Assembly (NCBI GenBank): GCA_951406725.2
Contig: OX597819.1
Coordinates: forward strand, 31,682,001 to 31,746,000
From: Octopus vulgaris
Lineage: Eukaryota
Direction of reading: 5' to 3'
DNA: 64,000 bases
The position numbers and the translations under genes are program-made. Below, one piece after another: positions 63,556 through 64,000 of this stretch. Below the pieces are notes generated by a model, which was not told the origin of the DNA, did no database searches, and worked only from the letters and a program-made list of their open reading frames with translations. Within the stretch, counting starts at the first letter, position 1; the number at the start of each line of letters is the position of its first letter.

Positions 63556-63801
63556 GCTATTGTGAGTGGCTGTAGCACAGGCTGAGCTAGTTAGTGGTCG
63601 TAGGTGGGTGGTTATTGTTACTGGTTGGTGTTGTTTGTGTTAGTTGTAGCTATGTCGATGATAGTGGCTAATAACTACAGCAGCAATAGCCACTATCATC
63701 GACATAGCTACAACTAACACAAACAACACCAACCAGTAACAATAACCACCCACCTACGACCACTAACTAGCTCAGCCTGTGCCACAGCCACTCACAATAG
63801 C
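63556..63801. repeat. 115-bp inverted duplication with a 16-bp spacer
   Basis: 63556-63670 is the reverse complement of 63687-63801 with one visible mismatch. Confidence 0.9.
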
Positions 63802-63945
63802 CGAGGTCGACTTTGCCTTTCATCCTTTCGGGGTCGATAAATTAAGTACCGGTTACGCACTGGGGTCAATGTAATCGACTTAATCCGTTTGTCTGTCCTT
63901 GTTTGTCCCCTCTGTGTTTAGCCCCTTGTGGGTAGTAAAGAAATA
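63800..63945 (+). mobile_element. 5'-truncated SINE family C, Tx1-like tail
   Basis: CCGAGGTCGAC..GTAAAGAAATA. Confidence 0.9.
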
Positions 63946-64000
63946 GATCGTGGATATTGTTGTTCGTGCTATTGTGAGTGTGTTAGTTGTAGCTATGTCG

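Overview
Eukaryotic, AT-rich, microsatellite-dense DNA that looks like a cephalopod genome, most likely Octopus (inferred from the SINE families and the protamine sequence). Two host genes are supported. (1) A small, apparently intronless + strand gene (TATA 10918, ATG 11017, stop 11364, AATAAA 11430) encodes an Arg-rich sperm protamine precursor in which two protamine modules sit in tandem, each directly after a Gly-Gly motif; it reads as a polyprotein. (2) The large terminal coding exon of a SERTA-domain gene (SERTAD4-like) lies on the - strand at 19626-20917; its upstream exon(s) could not be located. The rest is repeats: three tRNA-headed SINE families, L1/Tx1-like and RTE-like LINE remnants, a TIR MITE family with 8-bp target duplications and an internal (TTAGGG)n-like tract, Helitron, mariner and hAT relics, and Penelope-type fold-back fragments carrying hammerhead-ribozyme-like motifs. 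The main candidates for follow-up are the di-Gly-punctuated protamine polyprotein, a Tx1-like LINE found only in (TATC)n repeats that shares its 3' tail with a self-targeting SINE, and the hammerhead motifs. Most ORFs in the supplied track are microsatellite or SINE artefacts. Repeat boundaries were read by eye and are approximate unless a TSD or TIR is quoted.
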